A stretch of DNA of 64,000 nucleotides from an uncultured Desulfatitalea sp. (GTDB lineage: Bacteria; Desulfobacterota; Desulfobacteria; Desulfobacterales; Desulfosarcinaceae): assembly GCA_963668675.2 (NCBI GenBank), contig CAXXMB010000001.1, forward strand, positions 416,001 to 480,000, given 5' to 3'. The stretch's first letter is position 1. The number at the start of each line of letters is the position of its first letter. A program made the translations under genes and the position numbers. Under the pieces are notes generated by a model that saw only the letters and a program-made list of their open reading frames with translations, did no database searches and was not told the origin of the DNA. This document shows positions 48,475-57,304 of this stretch, one piece after another.

Positions 48475-49671
48475 ATGACAAATCCAATTAAAGAGAAAGC
48501 AAAATCCATATACAACCATTGGCGCCTGCCGCCCATGGCCAAAGAAGAGGTCAAACGAGACCGCAAAGGAGTGCCAGGCGAAGACCCCGGCATCGAAAGC
48601 GTTGTTTCCGAAGCCATTGGTTGGCTCGGCCGTGCGCAGGACAACAACCGCCTGGGCGACGGCGGTGTCGCCAGGGACTATAGTTTGCTCAACGGCTGGA
48701 ACGCCTCCTATCCGGAGACCACCGGATATATCGTACCCACCATGATCGCCTGTGCCAAAGCCTTCGAAGATGAAACGCTGCTCGTAAGGGCCCGGCGCAT
48801 GCTCGACTGGCTGGTGGAGATTCAGTTGCCCGATGGCGGATTCCAGGGTGGGCTTATCGATTCCACGCCGGTGGTGCCGGTCACCTTCAACACCGGCCAG
48901 ATCCTCATCGGCCTGGCAGCCGGTGCGGCCGAGTTCGGCGACGTCTACCGATCAGCCATGGAGCGCGCTGCCGATTCGCTGGTCAAGACCCAGGATCCCG
49001 ACGGATGCTGGCGCAGCCAACCCACACCGTTTGCCAAGCCGGGCGAAAAAGCCTACGAAACTCACGTGGCCTGGGGCCTGATCGAAGCGCAACGCGTATC
49101 GACCGGCAAAGGCTATGCCCTTGCAGCCCTGGCCAACATGCGTTGGGCACTGACCCACCAGAAGCCCAACGGATGGTTCGACAAGTGCTGTCTGGTGGAC
49201 CCCACCCAACCGCTCACCCATACCCTGGGTTATGTCCTGCGCGGGCTGGTGGAGGGTTATCTTTTCAGCCAGGAGCAATTTTTACTGGACGCATCCTTAA
49301 AGACTGCCGACGGCCTGCTCCAGGCCATCCGGTTGCAGGACGGTTATCTGCCCGGCCGGCTCACCCGGGACTGGCAGGCGGCCGTGCCATGGAGCTGCCT
49401 GACCGGCGCTGTCCAGATTGCCCACTGCTGGCTGCTGCTCTACAACATCACCGGCAATCGGCAATACCGCGAAGCAGCCTATGCCGCCAATCGATACGTC
49501 CGCCGCACTGTGCGTGTGGACGGACCGGAAGAGACTCGCGGCGCTGTCAAGGGCTCTTTTCCAGTGGACGGCGCTTATGGCCGATTCGAATACCTGAACT
49601 GGGCCTGCAAATTTTTCATCGACGCCAACATGCTGGAAAAGGAAGTCCGCTCTCAATCACCTCACCAATAG
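48475..49671 (+). CDS. (alpha/alpha)-barrel protein with prenyltransferase/squalene-cyclase-like repeats, polysaccharide-locus type
   Basis: SYPETTGY and repeated WLVEIQLPDGG / LVKTQDPDGCW / WALTHQKPNGW QW-like motifs; NWACKFF. Confidence 0.65.
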   Translation: MTNPIKEKAKSIYNHWRLPPMAKEEVKRDRKGVPGEDPGIESVVSEAIGWLGRAQDNNRLGDGGVARDYSLLNGWNASYPETTGYIVPTMIACAKAFEDETLLVRARRMLDWLVEIQLPDGGFQGGLIDSTPVVPVTFNTGQILIGLAAGAAEFGDVYRSAMERAADSLVKTQDPDGCWRSQPTPFAKPGEKAYETHVAWGLIEAQRVSTGKGYALAALANMRWALTHQKPNGWFDKCCLVDPTQPLTHTLGYVLRGLVEGYLFSQEQFLLDASLKTADGLLQAIRLQDGYLPGRLTRDWQAAVPWSCLTGAVQIAHCWLLLYNITGNRQYREAAYAANRYVRRTVRVDGPEETRGAVKGSFPVDGAYGRFEYLNWACKFFIDANMLEKEVRSQSPHQ

Positions 49672-49791
49672 CCCATCTTTCTGAAGGTCATCTCAGCCTT
49701 CAATTACGCCCGCCTATTCATCCAATCAACGATATTCAACCCCGACAAATATTGACCTATTCTATCTCTGCGCTAGTTTATTAAAATAAAT

Positions 49792-50047
49792 CCGGTTCTC
49801 CACGCAGCTTAAGCACCCGGAATGTAGTTGTGATGGGCCTGTGCAAAGCATTTGATTTTTTGATGGAATCATGACGATGCAATGGGAAGGTCCCCCTTTT
49901 TCAAAGGGGGATTCAGGGGGATTTCAGTATGTTGAGAACCAATCAAATCCCCCCACGACCCCCCTTTGAAAAAGGGGGGCGCCGGTAACTCTATCAAGGT
50001 ATGATAGAGAAAAGCAGTCGCGACTTCATCTCCCATAGAAAACCTGG
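49792..50047. mobile_element. MITE-like element family B, copy 4 (orientation of copy 2, diverged)
   Basis: ccggttctccacgcagcttaagcacccggaatgtag ... cttcatctcccatagaaaacctgg. Confidence 0.8.
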
Positions 50048-50078
50048 AAATCTCCCAACCACCACGAAAGGAAGCGCC

Positions 50079-50822
50079 ATGGGTTTGATCGACCAATTTC
50101 TTCTCGACATCCGGACCCAGAAAACCCCTTTTCACAGCCGCCTCTACCACACGGCCAAACGGCTGAGAAGCGCACGCCTTCCGTTCCCCGGATTTTTCGG
50201 CGCGCTTTTTTATCACACCATGAGCATCGGTCTATCCCTGTGGCGGCGCATCAAGCAGATGGTTTTCTTCGATCCCATGCTGCGCTACCGCTGCAAACAG
50301 GTTGGCAAAGGGGTCTATTTCGAAAGCACTTTCCCGCTGATCATGGGGTATGGCGACATTTACATCGGCGATCGCGTCGGTCTCTCGGGCAACGTCAACC
50401 TTGTCGTCTCTTACAAGGCCAACCCCAATCCCACTATCGCCATTGGCGATGATGTCTATCTGGGCTTCGAGTCCACCCTGTCCTGCGCTGATCGGATCAC
50501 CATCGGCAACCATGTGATGATCGCCCATTTCGCATCGATCTACGACAACAACAACCACCCCATCGATCCCCGGGCCAGAGCGGCCAATGAACCGATCGGA
50601 AAAGAGGATATCGCGCCGGTGGTCATCGAAGACAATGCATGGGTCGGCGCCCATGCAATCGTTCTCAAGGGCGTAACGATAGGAAAGGGATCGGTAGTGG
50701 CCATGGGCGCTGTTGTCACAAAGGATGTACCGCCCATGACCGTTGTGGCCGGCAACCCCGCACGGGTCGTCAAACAGATCGACCCTGCCGATGGCGACAG
50801 CCCCGATCAGACAAAGGCATGA
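50079..50822 (+). CDS. Left-handed beta-helix (hexapeptide) acyltransferase
   Basis: IGDDVYLG, IGNHVMIA, IEDNAWVG, GVTIGKGSVVAMGAVVTKDVP, GNPARVVK. Confidence 0.9.
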   Translation: MGLIDQFLLDIRTQKTPFHSRLYHTAKRLRSARLPFPGFFGALFYHTMSIGLSLWRRIKQMVFFDPMLRYRCKQVGKGVYFESTFPLIMGYGDIYIGDRVGLSGNVNLVVSYKANPNPTIAIGDDVYLGFESTLSCADRITIGNHVMIAHFASIYDNNNHPIDPRARAANEPIGKEDIAPVVIEDNAWVGAHAIVLKGVTIGKGSVVAMGAVVTKDVPPMTVVAGNPARVVKQIDPADGDSPDQTKA

Positions 50823-50938
50823 AGTGAAACAAATAGTTCATAAAGTGGCATCCAATTACATAAGCGACCATTTACAAGGAAATCATTTTACAAATCCTAA
50901 CCATTTGGAAACAATACACTAAATAAGTAACATCCATT

Positions 50939-50954
50939 GGGTACGACTTTTGCA
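50939..50954 (+). promoter_or_regulatory. Sigma-54 promoter candidate with upstream TTTACA boxes (50871-76, 50887-92)
   Basis: GGGTACGACTTTTGCA: GG(50940-41)-N10-GC(50952-53), upstream of the PEP-CTERM gene. Confidence 0.6.
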
Positions 50955-51131
50955 TAAGACCATATAAACGTTGTGCGAGAGCTCGTGATCGTTCCATGAT
51001 CAAACAAATGACGGGACAGATACTCCTCACTATCGATCACACGACTTGATCACTTGTTGAAGCACTCACCAAGCCGATCGAGAGCATAGAACAGGGAATT
51101 GGCTTTCAGCAGACAGGGAAGTGAGGTGCAC

Positions 51132-51833
51132 ATGAAAAGATATTTCATACTATATATATTCGTTGTCCTTGTAGCATCCGAAGCATTTGGAACCCTTTGG
51201 ACCTACTCGGGCCAGGGAAGTATAGTGGACATCAATGGCGACTCCCATGATCTCATCGCCAGCATGGTGGTCTCCGATCTCCCACGGTACTATTCGAAAT
51301 ACGATCCCTTGGCAGGCATCCAGGGCAGTGTGGTGCCATTGGGAAGTGAACAGAATGCCCAAATCTACTATCAGGTAGCCGGTTTTCAACTGGGTATCGG
51401 AACAAACCATTCCTTCTCCGGAAGTGGCCACATCTTCGGGTGGATCGATCCGTTCATCGCGGGTGGCGGGTATGTGTTCACAGAGGAGTGGCAGTTGAGC
51501 GCTGACACAGGAGGTGGCTCCCAGGGCATTTTCATGGACGCAACGTTCCCCCATTTTGACAGCGACGCAATGACGCCTTGGCAGTTTCGATCCGAGACAT
51601 CCGCCCATTATGGACAGATCGGTCCGGTGATCGATATGGGCCCTGCGATCTGGTTCGGGGAAGCGGGGGTGTTGGGCAGCCTGTTCAGTTCATTCAACCC
51701 CATTGATCTGGACATCATACGAGATTCCAACGGGGTCCCGGAAGCGCCGGTGCCGGAACCAGCGACCATCCTCTTGCTGGGTGCCGGACTGATTGGCGTA
51801 GCCGGCTGGTATCGAAGAAAAAGCTTAGCCTGA
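51132..51833 (+). CDS. PEP-CTERM sorting-domain protein
   Basis: GAGGTG RBS, signal peptide, C-terminal VPEPATILLLGAGLIGVAGWYRRKSLA. Confidence 0.95.
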   Translation: MKRYFILYIFVVLVASEAFGTLWTYSGQGSIVDINGDSHDLIASMVVSDLPRYYSKYDPLAGIQGSVVPLGSEQNAQIYYQVAGFQLGIGTNHSFSGSGHIFGWIDPFIAGGGYVFTEEWQLSADTGGGSQGIFMDATFPHFDSDAMTPWQFRSETSAHYGQIGPVIDMGPAIWFGEAGVLGSLFSSFNPIDLDIIRDSNGVPEAPVPEPATILLLGAGLIGVAGWYRRKSLA

Positions 51834-51841
51834 AGGAATTC

Positions 51842-51866
51842 GTAGGGGCGGGCTTTACGCCCGCCC
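51842..51866. repeat. GTAG-type REP
   Basis: gtaggggcgggctttacgcccgccc, 8 bp after the stop. Confidence 0.75.
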
Positions 51867-51933
51867 GGGACAACAGGAAAGCACACGCACACATGACCTC
51901 GAACTGATAACTGCAGAGACAGCGAAAACGACC

Positions 51934-52581
51934 ATGATCGGATCACTAAAACGCATAATTCGAAACACCGGGCCCTATCAATTCATCTCCTGGCTTCATG
52001 GCAAATACGTTGAAGACAAAGAGAAGAGGCTGCGCCAATCGGATTTCAAGGAGTTCGGTAAAGATGTGATCATCGGCCGCAACGTGTTCATCAACCGGCC
52101 CGATCGGGTTGTGCTCAAAGATCGCTGCGCCATACAGTCCGGCACAATGATCAACTCCTACGGCGGTCTTTACGTCGGGGAGAACACCGGAATCGGATAC
52201 AACTGCGTGATATTCACGGCCCTGCACCGATATCGCAACGCCAACAGCATTCCGTTCGATAACTACTGCGAACTCAAACCGGTCATAATACGGGAGTTTG
52301 TCTGGATCGGGGCCAATGTCAAAATCCTGCCTGGTATAGAAATAGGGGAGGGCGCCATTATCGGCATGGGCTCCGTCTTGACCAAAAATGTCCCGCCGCT
52401 GGCCATCGTCTTAGGCAACCCGGCGGAGATCATCGGCTATCGGAGCAAAGAGCATTATTATAAGTGCAAGGAGCAAGAGGCATTTGAAAAGATATCTGTA
52501 AGGCACGCGGCCGTGGACAAAATCCCCCGTATGATACAGGCCCGCTATGCCAAAGAACTAAAGGAGATGGGGTTGATATAA
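51934..52581 (+). CDS. Left-handed beta-helix acyltransferase (second)
   Basis: VGENTGIGYNCVI, IREFVWIGANVKILPGIEIGEGAIIG, GNPAEIIGYR. Confidence 0.88.
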   Translation: MIGSLKRIIRNTGPYQFISWLHGKYVEDKEKRLRQSDFKEFGKDVIIGRNVFINRPDRVVLKDRCAIQSGTMINSYGGLYVGENTGIGYNCVIFTALHRYRNANSIPFDNYCELKPVIIREFVWIGANVKILPGIEIGEGAIIGMGSVLTKNVPPLAIVLGNPAEIIGYRSKEHYYKCKEQEAFEKISVRHAAVDKIPRMIQARYAKELKEMGLI

Positions 52582-52613
52582 AATCCCAAAACGCCCCGCC
52601 GGCCGACTTATCC

Positions 52614-52851
52614 CGTCATGCCGGACTCGATTCGGCATCCAGACGTTGCGGGAAAAAAGCCGCGACTAAATCCCGACTTCCGCCGGAGCGACAAACAATG
52701 GAAAGTTCTTAATTTTGATGAACTCGTTAAAAGTCCCAAAAGCACTTTTCCCGTCATCCCGGCGAAGGCCGAGATCCAGTCCTTTCAATGATTTCTGGAT
52801 GCCGGATCAAGTCCGGCATGACGGCCGGCCGGCTTTTTACGATTTCATCAA
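52614..52851. repeat. Family A palindrome pair followed by a family F element (52715-52851)
   Basis: gtcatgccggactcgattcggcatccag...; ttgatgaactcgttaaaagtc...ggctttttacgatttcatcaa. Confidence 0.75.
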
Positions 52852-52904
52852 TTGTAATAATTCGAATTTATTCACTATCACCTCAATACATAAGCGAGGT
52901 CATC

Positions 52905-53801
52905 ATGCGCTTCTATATAATCGCCATTATTATTCTGCTGGCCGCTGCCACTGCAATCGGAGGCATTGTGCTGCGTAAAGAGCTACCATACCAATTCGAC
53001 ACCATCCAAAAAAGAGACAGCGTCACCATCGTCAACCAGGACGTGTGGAACCAGCGGCCGCTCTCCGTGGCCATCTCTCAAAAGGGCCGTCAGCTTGCCA
53101 CAGGAACAATCGATCCTGAACATCACAGCGAGGTGTTCACCAGCCTGCCCGATTCCGGCCCCATGGAAATTGAGATCTCCCGCATCGATCTGATAGGCAA
53201 GCTTCGCTACCGCACCAAAACCATCTCTTTCCAACGCAGGCCCGACAGGCAAGCATACGTCGTTTTGCTCGGCGCCTCCATCGGCAAGGCGTGGAAACTT
53301 GGCGACTTTGCGAACAGGGTCAATGAGGCCCAAGTGGTTTTCAGCACCCGGGCGCACTACGATTTTGACAAAACCGGCACCCTCATGCCGCTGTTGAACC
53401 TGAAAGTAAAACCGGATGCCATCATCATCAAACAGTGCTCGGATTACTTTCCCCGCGATTTTCAAAAAAGCGCCGATACGGTGCGACAATGGGTGGCAGA
53501 AATCAAGCAGTCTGGCATCCGGCCGATCCTGGCTACCACCGTGCCGGTAACCGGAAGCGGTCCACGCAAAGACAGGCAAGCGTCAATCGACCAATGGAAT
53601 CTTTTCGTGCGTGAACTTGGCCAAAAGAGCCAAATACCGGTTCTCGATTTGGCCGACGCTGTACAAACCAGTGAAGAAAATACGTTTCTCAAAGAGAACT
53701 TTGCCCAAGAAGATGGCTACCATCTCACCATGGCGGCCTACGACCGTGCCCTGGACCCGCTTTTGGAAAAGTTCACCAAAGAGGAGTTGCACTTGTATTG
53801 A
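52905..53801 (+). CDS. Membrane-anchored SGNH/GDSL-fold esterase or acyltransferase
   Basis: N-terminal TM, LLGASIG, PILATTVP, DGYHL; GAGG RBS before ATG 52905. Confidence 0.7.
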   Translation: MRFYIIAIIILLAAATAIGGIVLRKELPYQFDTIQKRDSVTIVNQDVWNQRPLSVAISQKGRQLATGTIDPEHHSEVFTSLPDSGPMEIEISRIDLIGKLRYRTKTISFQRRPDRQAYVVLLGASIGKAWKLGDFANRVNEAQVVFSTRAHYDFDKTGTLMPLLNLKVKPDAIIIKQCSDYFPRDFQKSADTVRQWVAEIKQSGIRPILATTVPVTGSGPRKDRQASIDQWNLFVRELGQKSQIPVLDLADAVQTSEENTFLKENFAQEDGYHLTMAAYDRALDPLLEKFTKEELHLY

Positions 53802-54091
53802 GGTTGCCGAGCGACCCCGTCCGTCATGCCGGCGAAAGCCGGCATTCAGATTGCCGGGGCTAGCAGTGGAACTGGAATCCGCCCACATCTAAGTCCACTC
53901 TTAAACGATACGGAGGCATGAAATTGTGGGTCGCAAACCCGAAAGTTCACCTTAAACGCCATGTAGCGCTCGAACCGTTCACCATGCTGAATCAATTCGC
54001 GCTGTTACAGATAAAGGAATTTCTTGTAATGATATAGCTAACGCGTTAATAAACGACCATCTCCCAACCAAAACACAACAAGGAATATATT

Positions 54092-56365
54092 ATGTGTCCC
54101 CTCATCAGGTATCTGATTATAGTCGCCCTAATAACAATCACCGGCTGCGCTTCAGACGAGGAAAAAAAAGTCGAGTACTTCAACAAGGGAGTTGAAGCCA
54201 TTGAAACGGGAGAATACAGTGTTGCAGAAATCCAGCTAAAAAATGCACTGCAGATTGATCCCAAGTACCTCGATGCAAGAATTCGTCTTGCCGAAACCTA
54301 TCTCAAGCTCGGCAAAGCCCAAGAGGCTTTCAAAGAGTATTTTGCCATCGCCAAAATAGATCCAACCAATCGTGACGCGCTGCTCAAACTCACCACGTTT
54401 TACATGCTTGGAAAAAAATATGCCGAAGCGCGTGAAATGGCAGACAAGCTGCTTCAGATAGAACCGGATCATGTCGAGGGTCTGTTTCTTTCGGCCGCCC
54501 TTTACAATTTGGCACAAAACCACGACGCTTCCATAGAAACCTACCGAAGAATCATCGCTCTGGACAAGCAGCAGCCCCGTGCGTATATCGCTCTCGCCCA
54601 GATCGCCTCCCGGGAGGGAGACGTCTCTCAAGCAGAAAGCTATCTTGAGCAAGCGGTGCGTATCGATCCGAAAGATATCAAATCGAGACTCTATTTGGTG
54701 CGCTTTTATGCAGCCCAAAAAAAATACAACATGGCGGAACAAGAACTGAAGAAAGCGATCGACATTAAACCAGACGCCGTGGATCTTTTTTTGACCAAAG
54801 CCGAGTTGCACATGCGGCAAGGCCAATACCAGGAAGCGGAAAAGGCCTTATTGCATACTATTGAACTCGATCCTAACGGTGAGCGCCCCTATTTGGCGAC
54901 CGCCAAATTTTACGAAACAAGAGGGCGATGGGATGAAGCCAAAGCCAAGTATATGGAGGTGGCTGACAAACATCCGGGAAACATTTCGGTAATGGGGGTA
55001 GCTGCGGAGTTCCTATTAAAAAGGAAGGAGATCGAAGCGGCCGAATCATTAACCAATCGAATCATTGAAATCCGGCCGGGTTATATTCCCGTTATGCTCC
55101 TTCAAGGGCAGATTTTTGCAGCCAAGCAACTTTGGAATGATGCTATTGCTACCTTCGATCAGGTCATCGAGCAAGAACCCAAGTTGGCCAAAGCATACCT
55201 GTTTAGAGGATTATGCTACCTTTCAAAAGGAGATATCCATCTTGCCAAATCGGACGCTGTCAAAGCGGTCGGGCTCGATCCCAAAGACCTGCCATCCAAA
55301 ATGGCTCTGGCCGATATCTACTTAAAAACAAGGGACATCAAGAGCGGTCAGCGCTTGCTGGAAGAGGTATTAGAAAAGCAGCCGGATAACATAAAAGCGA
55401 AATTTGAATTGAATAGAACTTACGTCGCTCAGGGAAAGCTCGACCAAGCCAAACAAGGTTTTCAACGCTTAGCTGGCCTACAACCCGAAAATCCACAAAT
55501 CTATTTCCAACTGGGAATAATCGAACGACTGCAAAAAAGCAATGAGGCCGCGCTGGACCATTTTGACCGAGCATTATCACTTGATCCTTACATGATGGTA
55601 GCCCTGGCTCAAGTGATCCTCATTCATGTATCACAAAACGAGACCGCCGCAGCGATAGCCAGATGTGACCGGCAGTTACCCTTGGTCAAAGAATCGCCCC
55701 GGGCGCAAGGAATCTTATACTTCGATAAAGGCCGCCTTCTGCTTATGCAACAAAAGGATGCAGAGGCAGAGAAGGCTTTCAACCTGGCCATCGAGGCCAA
55801 CCCTGATGCAATGCCGGCATATCACGGATTGGCACAGATTTATCGTAAAAATGGTCAAACTGAAAAAGCCGTCGGTCAATACCAGGCCATGCTTCAAAAG
55901 CATTCGAATCAAGTATCCCCTCACATGATGTTGGCTACTTTGTACGAAACAAAAGGGGACGAAGCCAAATCTGAAGAGCACTACCGTGAAGCGCTTAAAA
56001 TCAAGCCGGATTTTGCACCTGCGGCAAATAATTTGGCCTATATGCTGGCAGAGCGCGGTGAAAATATGGACGAAGCTTTGAACTATGCACGCATCGCCAA
56101 AGAGAAGCTTCCGGACGACCCAGCGGTCATGGATACTATCGGCTGGGTCTATTATAAAAAAGGTCTCTATGACAGTGCGATTGCTGAATTTAGCGACAGC
56201 ATCGAAAAATTGCCGAACAACGCCATGCTTCATTACCACTTGGGGCTGGCGTTGCATAAAAACAATGAGGACAGGAAGGCAAAAGATGCCTTTGAAAAAG
56301 CGCTAACGCTTGACCCAAAATTCGAAAAAGCAAAAGAAATCAAAGAAATACTAAAAATGCTTTAG
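54092..56365 (+). CDS. TPR-repeat lipoprotein, PrsT-like
   Basis: Lipobox ITG-C, IQLKNALQIDP, many TPRs, AANNLAY and DTIGWVYYKKG C-terminal motifs. Confidence 0.85.
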   Translation: MCPLIRYLIIVALITITGCASDEEKKVEYFNKGVEAIETGEYSVAEIQLKNALQIDPKYLDARIRLAETYLKLGKAQEAFKEYFAIAKIDPTNRDALLKLTTFYMLGKKYAEAREMADKLLQIEPDHVEGLFLSAALYNLAQNHDASIETYRRIIALDKQQPRAYIALAQIASREGDVSQAESYLEQAVRIDPKDIKSRLYLVRFYAAQKKYNMAEQELKKAIDIKPDAVDLFLTKAELHMRQGQYQEAEKALLHTIELDPNGERPYLATAKFYETRGRWDEAKAKYMEVADKHPGNISVMGVAAEFLLKRKEIEAAESLTNRIIEIRPGYIPVMLLQGQIFAAKQLWNDAIATFDQVIEQEPKLAKAYLFRGLCYLSKGDIHLAKSDAVKAVGLDPKDLPSKMALADIYLKTRDIKSGQRLLEEVLEKQPDNIKAKFELNRTYVAQGKLDQAKQGFQRLAGLQPENPQIYFQLGIIERLQKSNEAALDHFDRALSLDPYMMVALAQVILIHVSQNETAAAIARCDRQLPLVKESPRAQGILYFDKGRLLLMQQKDAEAEKAFNLAIEANPDAMPAYHGLAQIYRKNGQTEKAVGQYQAMLQKHSNQVSPHMMLATLYETKGDEAKSEEHYREALKIKPDFAPAANNLAYMLAERGENMDEALNYARIAKEKLPDDPAVMDTIGWVYYKKGLYDSAIAEFSDSIEKLPNNAMLHYHLGLALHKNNEDRKAKDAFEKALTLDPKFEKAKEIKEILKML

Positions 56366-56432
56366 CAAATACACCGGCCAAGGCTGCCAATTCCGATTGT
56401 CATCTGAAGAGCCGATCGTTGGATAGAACAAT

Positions 56433-56692
56433 GTAGGGGCGGGGTTCATCCCCGCTTAAGCACCCGGAATGTAGTTATGATTGGCCTATGCAAAGCATTT
56501 GATTCCCTGATGGCATCATTACGATGCAATGAGAAAGTCCCCCTTTTCCAAAGGGTGATTTAGGGGGATTCCAGTATGTTGAGGACCAACCAAATCCCCC
56601 CGACCCCCCTTTGAAAAAGGAGGGTGCCGGTAACCGTATCAAGAGATGATAAAGGACAGCAGACGCGACTTCATCGTCCATAGAGAATCGGG
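56433..56692. mobile_element. GTAG REP fused to left-truncated family B MITE copy 5
   Basis: gtaggggcggggttcatccccGCttaagcacccggaatgtag ... catagagaatcggg. Confidence 0.78.
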
Positions 56693-57176
56693 AATGCGAA
56701 AATATTTTCCTAACAAACAGGAAACAATCAAAAACCCAACCTTTTCCCTGAAATAAGCCCCATTCATAAAGAAAAATCAATATCATAAACAAAATCAATC
56801 GGTCAGAAGCCTATATCCTCCAAACCCGCCTCCCCCCAACGGCTTAACGCCTAGACCAGATCACACCTATATAATACCCTCCAAACCCTTTCGTATCTAA
56901 ACTTCAGCAATAAATCCGCATGCATCAATTTACCAATTATCTGAGAAAACCATTTCCACAATAGTGGTACTTGTATTCCTAAAGCCAATCTAATCAAAAC
57001 TAAAAAATTGTAATGACAACTCACCAATCATTTTTGTCTTTCGTATAAATAAATATGTAAAAAATTAGAAACCAATTGAAAAAAATACATAAATTAAAAT
57101 TAATGGATATCCGGTTAGTCAAAGCACATGAAATCGGCTGACTTTCTCCTCTATGGTTTTCGCAAATTAATTTCTT

Positions 57177-57192
57177 TGGCACACCGCTTGCT
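57177..57192 (+). promoter_or_regulatory. Sigma-54 (-24/-12) promoter
   Basis: TGGCACACCGCTTGCT: GG(57178-79)-N10-GC(57190-91); AT-rich upstream region with TGTAAA at 57056-61. Confidence 0.8.
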
Positions 57193-57304
57193 TTACGTGT
57201 GCCATTATGATGGAATGCGTCTCTAAGTGCCTTAACTAAATGGCAAGTCGACTAAATTAGTATGAAAATAAACGGTCATCGACGTTTTTAACAACAGGCT
57301 TCAA

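Noticed and set aside
43967..49791. Past inversion between MITE copies 3 and 4 (ATTTATTTTA left of copy 3 is the reverse complement of TAAAATAAAT left of copy 4)
   Set aside because: The reciprocal flanks do not match, most enclosed genes keep the locus orientation, and the AT-rich word resembles the shared target at family C ends. Not excluded, but unsupported.
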